From assembly GCA_016792665.1 (NCBI GenBank), contig JAEUKJ010000541.1, forward strand, positions 1-59,873: DNA of 59,873 nucleotides, in the 5' to 3' direction. Below the pieces are notes generated by a model. It was not told the origin of the DNA and ran no database searches. It was given only the letters and a program-made list of their open reading frames with translations. This document shows, piece by piece, positions 1 to 8,168 of this stretch. Each line of letters opens with the position of its first letter. Within the stretch, counting starts at the first letter, position 1. The position numbers and the translations under genes were made by a program. Origin of the DNA: Deltaproteobacteria bacterium. GTDB lineage: Bacteria; Myxococcota_A; UBA9042; PHBI01.

Positions 1-1271
1 TCGAGCTTCGAGAACGGTGGGTCGCGGACGACGTCGTGCTCGGAGAAGACGATGAGCTCGCGGATGGCGCTGTTGATGCGGACCTCCTCGCCCTCACGCG
101 CGGGGGAGAAGAAGCGCGCGAGACGGGCCGGGGAGAGGTCGGCCGAGATCGAAGCGGGGTAGAGACCGCGGCGGGCGATGGCGATGGCGCTCGGGTCGAC
201 GTCGGTCGCGAAGAGCTGGATCTTCAGGTCGAGCTGTCGCTGCGAGATGACCTCGGTCAGCAGCATGGCGAGCGAGTACGCCTCGGCCCCGTTCGAGCAG
301 CCCGGCACCCACACGCGCACGGTGGAGCCCGGGGGCTTGTGGGTGAGGACGTGGATGGCCGCGATGCCGAGCGCATCGAAGGCGTCGCGGTCGCGAAAGA
401 AGCTGGTCACGCCGATGAGCAGGTCGCCGAAGAGGACCTCGGCCTCGTGTGGATCGGTGTCGATGACGCCGCGATACGCGTCGAGGTTCGGCAGACGCAG
501 GGTCGCGATGCGCCGCTCGATGCGCCGCACGATGGTGTTGCGCTTGTAGCTCGCGAAGTCGTGGTGGGTCCGCTGCCGGATGGTGGCGAGGATGCTGCGG
601 ACCGTATCGTCGTCACCGTTGGCGATGGGTGCCGGTGCGGGGGCGGCAGGCGCGGCATCGGGGTCGCCCCGGTGGTGCACGGCGGCGATCAGCGCCTTGG
701 CGAGCTCGGCGGAGGCAAGGACCTGATCGGCGAGGTCGGTGGCGATGGCGCTCTGCGGCATGCCCGGGAAGTCGGCCGAGTCCGGGGCCTGCACGAAGAC
801 GAGGCCGCCGGCCTGGTGGATGGCGCGGATGCCGGCAGTGCCGTCGCTGCCGGTGCCGGACAGGATGACGGCGACCGCGTGCTCGCGGCGGGCGGTTGCC
901 AGCGAGGTGAGGAAGGAGTCGATGGGGAGGTGTTGGCCGCGGGCGGCGGAGGCCTCGACCTGGCGGAGGAGGTCGCCTTCGATCCGGAGGTCGCGGTTCG
1001 GGGGCGTCACGTAGACGTGGCCCCCCTCGAGCGTGACGTCGGCCACGACCTCGTGGACCGGGCAGGTCGTCCAGCGCTGGATGAGCTCGGAGAGGATGCT
1101 CTTGTAGTCGGGCGAGAGGTGCTGGACGACGACGAAGCCGAGGGCGGGGCAGGCGTCGACGGGCAGACCACGGAAGAAGGCCTCGAGGGCTGCGAGGCCG
1201 CCGGCGGAGGTGCCGATCCCGACCAGGGTCAGCCGCGTGGCGTCGATCTCTTGGGGACCATCAGGCGGCAT
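1..1271 (-). CDS. CheB-like methylesterase / CheR-like methyltransferase fusion protein, N-terminal 423 codons (3' end lies outside the window)
   Basis: Not in the ORF track because there is no stop codon in the window. My minus-strand translation from ATG 1271..1269 gives MPPDGPQEIDATRLTLVGIGTSAGGLAALEAFF..VVVQHLSPDYKS..LSGTGSDGTAGIRAI (CheB catalytic-domain pattern). This is followed by FASYKRNTIVRRIERR..VWVPGCSNGAEAYSLAMLL..ATDVD (CheR SAM-methyltransferase pattern). The + ORF 36..1424 is its antisense shadow. Confidence 0.8.
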   Translation of the reverse strand, partial: MPPDGPQEIDATRLTLVGIGTSAGGLAALEAFFRGLPVDACPALGFVVVQHLSPDYKSILSELIQRWTTCPVHEVVADVTLEGGHVYVTPPNRDLRIEGDLLRQVEASAARGQHLPIDSFLTSLATARREHAVAVILSGTGSDGTAGIRAIHQAGGLVFVQAPDSADFPGMPQSAIATDLADQVLASAELAKALIAAVHHRGDPDAAPAAPAPAPIANGDDDTVRSILATIRQRTHHDFASYKRNTIVRRIERRIATLRLPNLDAYRGVIDTDPHEAEVLFGDLLIGVTSFFRDRDAFDALGIAAIHVLTHKPPGSTVRVWVPGCSNGAEAYSLAMLLTEVISQRQLDLKIQLFATDVDPSAIAIARRGLYPASISADLSPARLARFFSPAREGEEVRINSAIRELIVFSEHDVVRDPPFSKL

Positions 1272-1395
1272 CTTGTAGCGCTCTCTGACACGGGGGGGCG
1301 TGTGCAGACAGGCCCTTCGGAATGGGCATGGTGCAAGCGTGAGGCCATCGTCGGCGGCTTGGCAGGCGCCGTCAATCGATTGCTCCGAATCGAGT

Positions 1396-2025
1396 CTATT
1401 CGGGGCAGGATGCGACCAAAGTGATGGACATCGGGTCGACGCCGTCGGCGAGCGGAGTGAGAGCCCACGACGAGCCGTCGAGGGCGAGGGTGACCGGGTC
1501 GGTGATGGAGCCCGCGATGGTGCCGCACGAGAAGGTCGCGGTCGAGGTGCAGCCGCTGAAGGTCAGCGTGGCGGTGACCGGTGCGGGCAGGATGGGGTTG
1601 GCGGCGGTCGGGACGACGATCGAGGGGAACGCCAGCACGAACTTGCCGTCGGCGGGCGTGATGGGCGAGGTCGCGGTGTAGATCTCGCCGACCGGGGTGC
1701 CCGCCGGGATGTCGCCGTTGTTGGGCGGAGCGGCCAGGGCCTGCATGGCGAAATCGATGGTGTTGGTCGTCAGATCGATGTCCACGTCGACCCTGAAGCG
1801 CAGCGGCTTGGTGCGGTCGATGGCGACCTCGACACCCTGGAGGTAGGTGCCGGAGAGGTCGACTGCGCCGCCGCACTCGCCGGCCGAGGGGCCCTTGCGG
1901 AAGGGTTCGCTGCGCTCGACGAAGTCGTCGAAGACGCCGCTCGTGTCGGGGCAGGCGGCAAGCGACAGCGCGGCGAACGCGAGGGTGGAGGCGGCGCGGC
2001 GCGAGGTCTGGGACGATGGGCGCAT
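1396..2025 (-). CDS. Hypothetical lipoprotein
   Basis: ORF 1396..2025 with an ATG start. The signal peptide carries a lipobox (AFAALSLAAC). GAGGAGGAG Shine-Dalgarno sequence lies directly upstream and overlaps the stop of the preceding OMP gene. GC3 is high. Confidence 0.8.
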   Translation of the reverse strand: MRPSSQTSRRAASTLAFAALSLAACPDTSGVFDDFVERSEPFRKGPSAGECGGAVDLSGTYLQGVEVAIDRTKPLRFRVDVDIDLTTNTIDFAMQALAAPPNNGDIPAGTPVGEIYTATSPITPADGKFVLAFPSIVVPTAANPILPAPVTATLTFSGCTSTATFSCGTIAGSITDPVTLALDGSSWALTPLADGVDPMSITLVASCPE

Positions 2026-2039
2026 CGGGGGTCTCCTCC

Positions 2040-3551
2040 TCAGAAGCGGTAGCTCATGCCGAGCTCGACGACGCCGACGGCATGCGTGTACTGGCCCGCG
2101 GCATCGGGCACGCGCACGGCGTCGCGGAGGCCGATGGTGGCGATGTCGGTCCAGGTGGCGCCGGTCGGGTCGTTCGGGTCCTTGGGGACGCGGCCGCGGG
2201 CGGCGATGTCGCGGTCGGGGTAGATGATCTGCGAGTAGGACAGCATGACCTCGAGCGCGTCACCGACGGTGAGCTTGGCGCCGAGGGTCAGGTGGAACTT
2301 GTCGCCGTCGTAGAGCGCGGGCTCGACCATCGCGTCGGGGACCGCGTTGCCATCCCAGCCGCCGCCCAGGACGAGTTCGAGGTCGGGAGTGGCCCACCAA
2401 CTGCCGCCGCCGCGCACGCCCCAGGCGTCCTTCCAGTGGCGCGGGATGATGATGATCTTGCCGGGCGGGGCGTCGCCGACACAGCTGCGATCGGCGACGG
2501 TCGCGTTCAGGATGCACTGCTCGGTGAGCACCGACCAGCGGGCCCAGTCGCCGAAGAGGCGGACCTCCCACGACTTCGGGGCGCCGTAGCGGACGCCGAA
2601 GCGGAGCACGTCGGGCATCGACTGGCGGACCTCGGCGGCGGTGCGCGTGCTCTCGGGGACGGGGCCCGAGCCGAGGACGAGGTCGACGTCGCCGGTCAGG
2701 CGCTGCTCGCCGAAGCCGGGCTGCGACTGATAGGAGAGGCCGATGAAGAGGTGGTCGATCGGTTCCCAGAGGAGGCCCAGCGAGACGGCGAGGTCGACCG
2801 ATGACACGTCGATGCGGGCGCGGCCTTCTTGGAGGCGCCCGTTGGCGACGAGGTTGTCGGTGCCGTCGACGTTGCGGGCCTGGATGTTGTCGATCTCGGA
2901 GATGACCACGTTCAGCCCGGCGCCGACCGAGAGGCGCAGCGGGGCGATGCGGTAGCCGGCGGCGGCGGTGGCGTACATCGAGCGGATGGTGCCCTCGATG
3001 GTCCACCAGCGCTGGGCCCCGTCCTCGGCGCCGGGGAACTCGGGCGAGGAGGCCTTGCGGTCCCAGATCGACTGGCCGCCGATGGGGACGTAGAAGCCCA
3101 GGGCGGCGCCGAAGCCGTCGATGCCGAAGTCGCTGCCGACCGCGAAGAACGGGGTCACGAGGAAGTTCGAGAGGGTGGCCTCCCCCGTGTTGGCGGAGAT
3201 GCCGGCGCCCTGCGGGGTACCGGCGCCGACGTCCGGGTCCTCGAGCACGTCGTCGAGGGCTGCTTCGCCGCGCGTGTAGCTCATCGCGCGCCAGGCGAAA
3301 CTGCCGGAGAGGGCGAGCTTCGTGGCGTCGAGCAGCGAGAGGCCGGCGGGGTTGTAATAGATGGACCAGAGGTCGTCCGACATGGGGTGGCCCCATTCGC
3401 CGCCGAAGCGCGCGACGAGGAGGCCGGTGGCCCGGGCCGGGAGGCTGGTCGCAGTCGTAAGGACCATTGCGACGAGCGCGATCGCGGGGGCGAGGCGCGT
3501 GCCGAGCGGCGACGGGCCTGGGGGGCGGCGGCAGTTGGCAGGCGCGGGCAT
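2040..3551 (-). CDS. FadL/Toluene_X-like outer-membrane beta-barrel transporter
   Basis: This is the C-terminal 504 codons of ORF 2040..4628, starting at the internal ATG 3551 (MPAPANCRR..AIALVAMVLTTATSLPARA signal peptide). Alternating beta-strand pattern, Gly- and aromatic-rich, ending in ..VVELGMSYRF with a terminal Phe, as is typical of OMP barrels. The upstream part of the ORF is antisense to the gene at 3733. Confidence 0.75.
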   Translation of the reverse strand: MPAPANCRRPPGPSPLGTRLAPAIALVAMVLTTATSLPARATGLLVARFGGEWGHPMSDDLWSIYYNPAGLSLLDATKLALSGSFAWRAMSYTRGEAALDDVLEDPDVGAGTPQGAGISANTGEATLSNFLVTPFFAVGSDFGIDGFGAALGFYVPIGGQSIWDRKASSPEFPGAEDGAQRWWTIEGTIRSMYATAAAGYRIAPLRLSVGAGLNVVISEIDNIQARNVDGTDNLVANGRLQEGRARIDVSSVDLAVSLGLLWEPIDHLFIGLSYQSQPGFGEQRLTGDVDLVLGSGPVPESTRTAAEVRQSMPDVLRFGVRYGAPKSWEVRLFGDWARWSVLTEQCILNATVADRSCVGDAPPGKIIIIPRHWKDAWGVRGGGSWWATPDLELVLGGGWDGNAVPDAMVEPALYDGDKFHLTLGAKLTVGDALEVMLSYSQIIYPDRDIAARGRVPKDPNDPTGATWTDIATIGLRDAVRVPDAAGQYTHAVGVVELGMSYRF

Positions 3552-3732
3552 GACGGACTCCGGCCAGAGGTGCGGACATGCTAACACCCTTGTACAGGGG
3601 CGTCGATCAGGTGTAGGGGGGCCCACCTCGAGCACCCGGCCCGCCTCTCCGGGACTTCCCAACAGCCTGCTACTATGGATTTCCCCTCGCGGAAGTTCGG
3701 GGTTCGGGGCCCCCAGTTCGGAGCGTGACGAG

Positions 3733-5751
3733 ATGAATTCGTCCTGGTCATTGATGATGTGCGCGGTGGTCTTCGTGGCCTGCCAAGAGGACACGAGCGA
3801 AGGCCTGAAGCAGCGCGCACCTTCGCCGCAGCTCCAGCTCGGTGACGACACGGCCATCGCGTCCGACACGAGTGACACCGTGGACGACACCGGCACCGAC
3901 ACGCAGGACTCGACCGATACCGTCGACACGACCGATACCGTCGACACGACGGACACCGTCGACACGACGGACACGGGTCCCGTCGCCTGCACCGAGGACG
4001 ACGACTGCGCGCCGGTGAGCTGCAAGACCACCAAGTGCAACCGCGGGATCTGCGAGCACCGCGACGCGGCGAACAACACGACCTGCGATGACGGCAACCC
4101 GTGCACGCTGACCGATCGCTGCGCTGAGGGCGCGTGCGTCGGTAGTGGGGCGCTCGACTGCCGCGACACCGAACCGTGCACCGAGGATCGCTGCACCGAC
4201 GGGGTCGGCTGCGAGCACCCGCCCGTGGTCTGCGACGACAACAACGCGTGCACCACCGACGCGTGCGAGCCGGGCGTGGGGTGCGTCAGCGCGCCGCGCG
4301 GGTGCCCGGCGTCGACCAACGCTTGCAAGGTCGCCGAGTGCGACCCGGCCCAAGGGTGCGTCGAGGTCGCGCGCGAGGACGGCGCGACCTGCAACGATGG
4401 CGATCCGTGCACGGTCGAAGCGTGCTCGGGCGGGCAGTGCAAGGCGGAGCCCCTGGGCTGCGACGACGGCAACGCGTGCACCGCGGACGCGTGTGTCGCC
4501 GGGGTCGGGTGCGTGTCCACGCCGATCCCCGGGTGCGCCAACGACCCGGCGTGCATCGGCCGCCTGGCGGGCGCGACCTGTGACGACGGCAACGCCGCGA
4601 CCAGCGCCGACATGTGCATCCTCGGCAACTGCCGCGGCTATGTGCTGACGCGGCTGCCCGGGTCGACGGTGCAGGATCAGCAGGGCCTGGTGGTGACCGA
4701 GATCGACTTCGGACCCGATGGGTGGTCGGCCATCTTCTGGACCGAGAACCTGCTCTTCGATCAGAAGTTCACGCTCGCGCGCGTGACCGACCCGACGATG
4801 CCCTTCGTCTACACGGCGACCACGGGGGACCAGTACTTCGCGGGTCTGCACGATGGCTTCGTCGGGGACGACGAGGGCGTCCTGTGGCGCTTCTCGGGCG
4901 CGGCCTGGCAGTCCAACAACGTGTGGAACGACGCGCTCGAGGTCTCGGGGGCGTCCGAGGTGAACGCGCTGGTGACCATGCGCGACACCGTCCAGGGCGG
5001 CGGCGTCGGGCGGCGGCGCATGTGGCTCGGCGGCAACGACTTCGGCAGCGAGTGGGTGCGCTACTGCCGCGAGGAGGCCAACGGCGCCATCACGTGCAGC
5101 GCCCAGGAGCTCGACGACTTCGACGATGCGTCGATCCCGATGGCGCTGGCGGCGGCGCCGATCTGCAACGCCAACGGCATCTGCACGAGCGCATCCCTCG
5201 TCATCGGGGCCGACGCCGACGGTGGCGGCGGGAGCTACTACACCGACATCTACACGAACCTCACCGGGACGGCGGGGACGTGGGCGCAGGGCGTCATTCC
5301 CGAGCAGGCCGCGAGCCGCCGCACGCGCGCCGCGACCGCGTGGGGCAGCGGCACGACGGCCCAGTTCATCGTGGTCGGAACGCGCGGCTATGTCGCGCAC
5401 CGACGCGCGGATGGGACCTGGAAGACGACCCTCGCGATGAAGGATGGGCAGTCCAATCGCGACTTCACCGGGGTCTGGGAAGGGGCGGGCGTGGTCGTCA
5501 TGTCGGCCTACCGCACGGGTGGCAACAACCAGACGATCGCCGAGCTCTGGGTCGCTCCCTCGGCCAGCGACGTCGAGCAGGGCGCGAACTGGGTCATCCA
5601 TGAGCTCGGGCGCACGCCCAACGTCGATGCCGACGGGGTGTACGACGTGCACGGGCGTGGCACAGGAGAGATCCGGGCGGTGGGCGCGGTGCGTCGTACC
5701 AACGGGGTCGTCGGGTGGCTCGACGGAGCGATCTGGGTGCGCACGCCGTGA
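3733..5751 (+). CDS. Cysteine-rich repeat lipoprotein with a C-terminal non-Cys (possibly propeller-like) domain
   Basis: Internal ATG of ORF 3361..5751. Lipobox is MMCAVVFVAC, followed by an acidic D/T linker with (DTVDTT)n. About 8 modules follow of the type CxDGNxCTxDxCxxGxGC (myxobacterial cysteine-rich repeat pattern). The last roughly 400 aa are Cys-poor. Confidence 0.85.
   Translation: MNSSWSLMMCAVVFVACQEDTSEGLKQRAPSPQLQLGDDTAIASDTSDTVDDTGTDTQDSTDTVDTTDTVDTTDTVDTTDTGPVACTEDDDCAPVSCKTTKCNRGICEHRDAANNTTCDDGNPCTLTDRCAEGACVGSGALDCRDTEPCTEDRCTDGVGCEHPPVVCDDNNACTTDACEPGVGCVSAPRGCPASTNACKVAECDPAQGCVEVAREDGATCNDGDPCTVEACSGGQCKAEPLGCDDGNACTADACVAGVGCVSTPIPGCANDPACIGRLAGATCDDGNAATSADMCILGNCRGYVLTRLPGSTVQDQQGLVVTEIDFGPDGWSAIFWTENLLFDQKFTLARVTDPTMPFVYTATTGDQYFAGLHDGFVGDDEGVLWRFSGAAWQSNNVWNDALEVSGASEVNALVTMRDTVQGGGVGRRRMWLGGNDFGSEWVRYCREEANGAITCSAQELDDFDDASIPMALAAAPICNANGICTSASLVIGADADGGGGSYYTDIYTNLTGTAGTWAQGVIPEQAASRRTRAATAWGSGTTAQFIVVGTRGYVAHRRADGTWKTTLAMKDGQSNRDFTGVWEGAGVVVMSAYRTGGNNQTIAELWVAPSASDVEQGANWVIHELGRTPNVDADGVYDVHGRGTGEIRAVGAVRRTNGVVGWLDGAIWVRTP
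3916..3975 (+). repeat. 18-bp in-frame tandem repeat (about 3.3 copies) encoding (DTVDTT)n
   Basis: gataccgtcgacacgacc / gataccgtcgacacgacg / gacaccgtcgacacgacg / gacacg, read directly from the sequence. Confidence 0.9.
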
Positions 5752-6608
5752 GCGACGATCGAGGTCCGCGCGCGCGGCTGCTGCTCACGAGCGCGCAGAA
5801 CCCGCGCGTGAAAGAGGCCGCGGGGCTGCGCGAGAGGCGGGCGCGCGAGCGCGCGGGGCGCGTGCTGGTCGAGGGGGCGCGCGAGATCGACAGGGCCCTG
5901 CGATCGGGCTGGGCACCGCTCGAGGTGTTTGCTGCCGAGGAGCTCTTGTCGCGTGAGGCGCGGGCCCTCGTGGGCGAGCTCGAGCGCCGGCTGCCCCATG
6001 CGTCGGTGGTCGGGGTGAGCGCGGCCGTGTTCGAGAAGCTCGCGCTGCGCGAGGGCTCTGACGGGTTGGTGGTGATCTTCGAGCGCCGCGAGGTCACGCT
6101 GGCTCAGGCCCTCGGCGGCGAGAGGCCGCTGGTCCTGGCCCTGCACGGGGTCGAAAAGCCTGGCAATATCGGGGCGTTGGCGCGCAGTGCCGATGGCTGC
6201 GGCGCGACCGGGATGGTGCTCCTCGAGGGGTGTTCGGACCCGATGGCGCCGCAGGCGATCCGCGCGAGCCTGGGCACGGTCTTCTCGGTGCCGGTCGCCA
6301 CCGCGACCAGCGAGGCGCTGAGAGAAGCTGCCCAAGCGCGGGGGCTGCCGGTCATCGCGGCGGCGCTGGGCGAGGCGGCGCGTCCCCCGTGGGAGCATCG
6401 CCTGGCCGAGGGAGCCATCGTGTTGCTGGGGGCCGAGGCGACGGGCCTGCCCGACGTGTGGCTTGCGTCGGCGACCGGGCGGGTCTTGATCCCGATGCGC
6501 GGGATCGCGGACTCGCTGAACGTGGCGGCGGCCGGGGCGATGTTGCTCTACGAGGCGCTCAAGCAGCGTTCCGCTTCGCCAGGCGGCGGCGCGCATCGAG
6601 GGCGATGA
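5748..6608 (+). CDS. TrmH/SpoU-family RNA 2'-O-methyltransferase
   Basis: ORF 5715..6608. SpoU motifs are present: GNIGALARSA, LLGAEATGL, IPMRGIADSLNVAAAGAMLLYE. I prefer the GTG at 5748, which forms a GTGA overlap with the upstream stop. The ATG at 5715 is the alternative start. Confidence 0.85.
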   Translation: MSDDRGPRARLLLTSAQNPRVKEAAGLRERRARERAGRVLVEGAREIDRALRSGWAPLEVFAAEELLSREARALVGELERRLPHASVVGVSAAVFEKLALREGSDGLVVIFERREVTLAQALGGERPLVLALHGVEKPGNIGALARSADGCGATGMVLLEGCSDPMAPQAIRASLGTVFSVPVATATSEALREAAQARGLPVIAAALGEAARPPWEHRLAEGAIVLLGAEATGLPDVWLASATGRVLIPMRGIADSLNVAAAGAMLLYEALKQRSASPGGGAHRGR

Positions 6609-7608
6609 GGGCGACGAGGCCGGCCAGGGAGGCCGAGCCGCCGCTGCAGTCCTCGGTGTAGTCCTCGTCGTCGAGCTCGTCCTCCGGGTCGAGGGGGTCT
6701 TCGGGATCGGTCGGGTCGGTCGGGTCGGTCGGGTCGGTCGGGTCGACCGTGCCGTCCCCCGTGTAGAGGCCGTTGGCGTGCTGCACGATCCAGCCGAGGT
6801 AGGCCGGCACGAACGAGTAGACGCCGCCCTCGCCGCAGTTCTTGGTCGAGTTCTGGCCCGCGCGCGAGGTCGCGCCGATGAGCTTCGGGGTGCCGCCGAG
6901 CAGATAGGCCGGGCCCCCCGAGTCGCCGGGGCAGGTGTCGGGCTCGCCGTTGGAGCCGAGCACGAGCTCGAAGCTGGTGCGGAGCTGGTAGCTGATGTCG
7001 GCGATGTAGAGGACGCCGGTCGCGTCGGTGTCGGGCGAGGTCGCGCCATAGCCGGTCACGGTCACGGTCGCGCCGCCGTCCAGCGCGGCGATGGCGTCGG
7101 CCAGGGTCGGCACGATGGCCGGGGTGGCGCCGCTGACGGCGCGGTCGAGGAGGAGGAGGCCGATGTCGTCGTAGCGACCGGCGCCGCTGGCCTCGTCGGT
7201 GGGCGGGGAGTCGTTCGGGTAGCCCTCGTGCACGATGACGTTCGACACGCCGTAGGTGTCACTGCCGCCCGCGTCCGCGACATCGAGCACGCCCCACACG
7301 ACGCGCACCGAGTCCGGGCTCGCGGTGCCGGTCACCGCGCCGGTCTGCTCGTCCTCGATGGCGAGGCAGTGGGCGGCCGTGACGACCACGCGCGGCGCGA
7401 TGAGGGTGCCGGTGCAGTTGCTCTCGCCGGCCTCGTCGATGAGCGAGACGGTCGCGTAGACCTCGCTTTGCGCGGCGCGGCGCCCATCGACGATCGGGGA
7501 GGTGCGGAGGTCGACACCAGGTCCACCGCCGTCGCAGGCCGCGAGCGTCGGGACGAGCGACACGAGGGGGACGACGAAGCACATCGCGAGGCGAGGAGGG
7601 CTACGCAT
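6559..7608 (-). CDS. Secreted trypsin-like (S1) serine protease lipoprotein with a C-terminal Cys-containing sorting tail
   Basis: Lipobox is VPTLAAC. S1 motifs present: TAAHC (His), DDIGLLLL (Asp), GDSGGP (Ser). A (DPT)n linker follows, then the tail CSGGSASLAGLVALIALDARRRLAKRNAA. Confidence 0.9.
   Translation of the reverse strand: MRSPPRLAMCFVVPLVSLVPTLAACDGGGPGVDLRTSPIVDGRRAAQSEVYATVSLIDEAGESNCTGTLIAPRVVVTAAHCLAIEDEQTGAVTGTASPDSVRVVWGVLDVADAGGSDTYGVSNVIVHEGYPNDSPPTDEASGAGRYDDIGLLLLDRAVSGATPAIVPTLADAIAALDGGATVTVTGYGATSPDTDATGVLYIADISYQLRTSFELVLGSNGEPDTCPGDSGGPAYLLGGTPKLIGATSRAGQNSTKNCGEGGVYSFVPAYLGWIVQHANGLYTGDGTVDPTDPTDPTDPTDPEDPLDPEDELDDEDYTEDCSGGSASLAGLVALIALDARRRLAKRNAA
6707..6742 (-). 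repeat. 9-bp in-frame tandem repeat x4 encoding (DPT)n
   Basis: tcggtcggg occurs four times in a row on the + strand. Confidence 0.9.
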
Positions 7609-7701
7609 GGGTCGGGTTCCTGGGACGAAGGAGGCGAGAGGTCGAGGTCGGTTCGATGGAGCTGGGCGACCGTGCAGGCGTGTCGCGGCGGTCGGCGGCG
7701 G

Positions 7702-8157
7702 TCAGTCGTTGCTCTCGCAGCGGCCGGCATGTCGGACGGAGACGCCGCGATTCTGGGCCGAGCAGGCGTTGCAGTAGCGCTTGCCGTCGCACCCGCAGAC
7801 GCCCTTGCAGTCTTTCTGGCAGCCGCGCGTGCGGGCCTCGCATACGCCCACGACGCCGCCATCGCCGCAGACGTTGGCGGCGGGGAAGACGCAGTAGCCG
7901 GCCGCGTCGCAGGCGCCGACGCCGGGTCCGCAGGCCTGGCCCAGCGGCACGGTGCCGGTCTCGGCGGTGGGCTCGGGCTCGACGATGTCATCGGTCGGCA
8001 CGGGCCGGGGATCGGTCGGCGCGGGCGAGGGATCGGTCGGCGCGGTGATGGTGTCGGCCTGGCCCGCGGCGGCCTCGGACTTGCGACAGTGCGAGGCGCA
8101 CGAGGTCAGCGCGAGGAAGGCGAGGGCGAGGGTCAGGGCGGAGAGGGGCTGGGGCAT
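7702..8157 (-). CDS. Small Cys-rich lipoprotein with a Kazal-like protease-inhibitor motif
   Basis: This is the C-terminal 151 codons of ORF 7702..8916, starting at ATG 8157. Lipobox is FLALTSC, followed by a Pro/Thr/Asp linker. The C-terminus reads ..CKGVCGCDGKRYCNACSAQNRGVSVRHAGRC, which matches the bacterial Kazal pattern CGCDGxxYxNxCxAxxxGVxVxxxGxC. Confidence 0.7.
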   Translation of the reverse strand: MPQPLSALTLALAFLALTSCASHCRKSEAAAGQADTITAPTDPSPAPTDPRPVPTDDIVEPEPTAETGTVPLGQACGPGVGACDAAGYCVFPAANVCGDGGVVGVCEARTRGCQKDCKGVCGCDGKRYCNACSAQNRGVSVRHAGRCESND

Positions 8158-8168
8158 GATGGCGAGGC

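Noticed and set aside
3552-4628. N-terminal extensions of tracked ORFs. Examples are 2040..4628, 3361..5751, 7702..8916, 17809..22116, 27104..27763, 39592..41514, 41805..45608 and 54691..56220.
   Set aside because: The extensions overlap neighbouring genes on the other strand or in another frame, and their composition is shadow-like. Internal ATG or GTG codons give proper signal peptides or domain starts, often with a Shine-Dalgarno sequence or a stop-start overlap.
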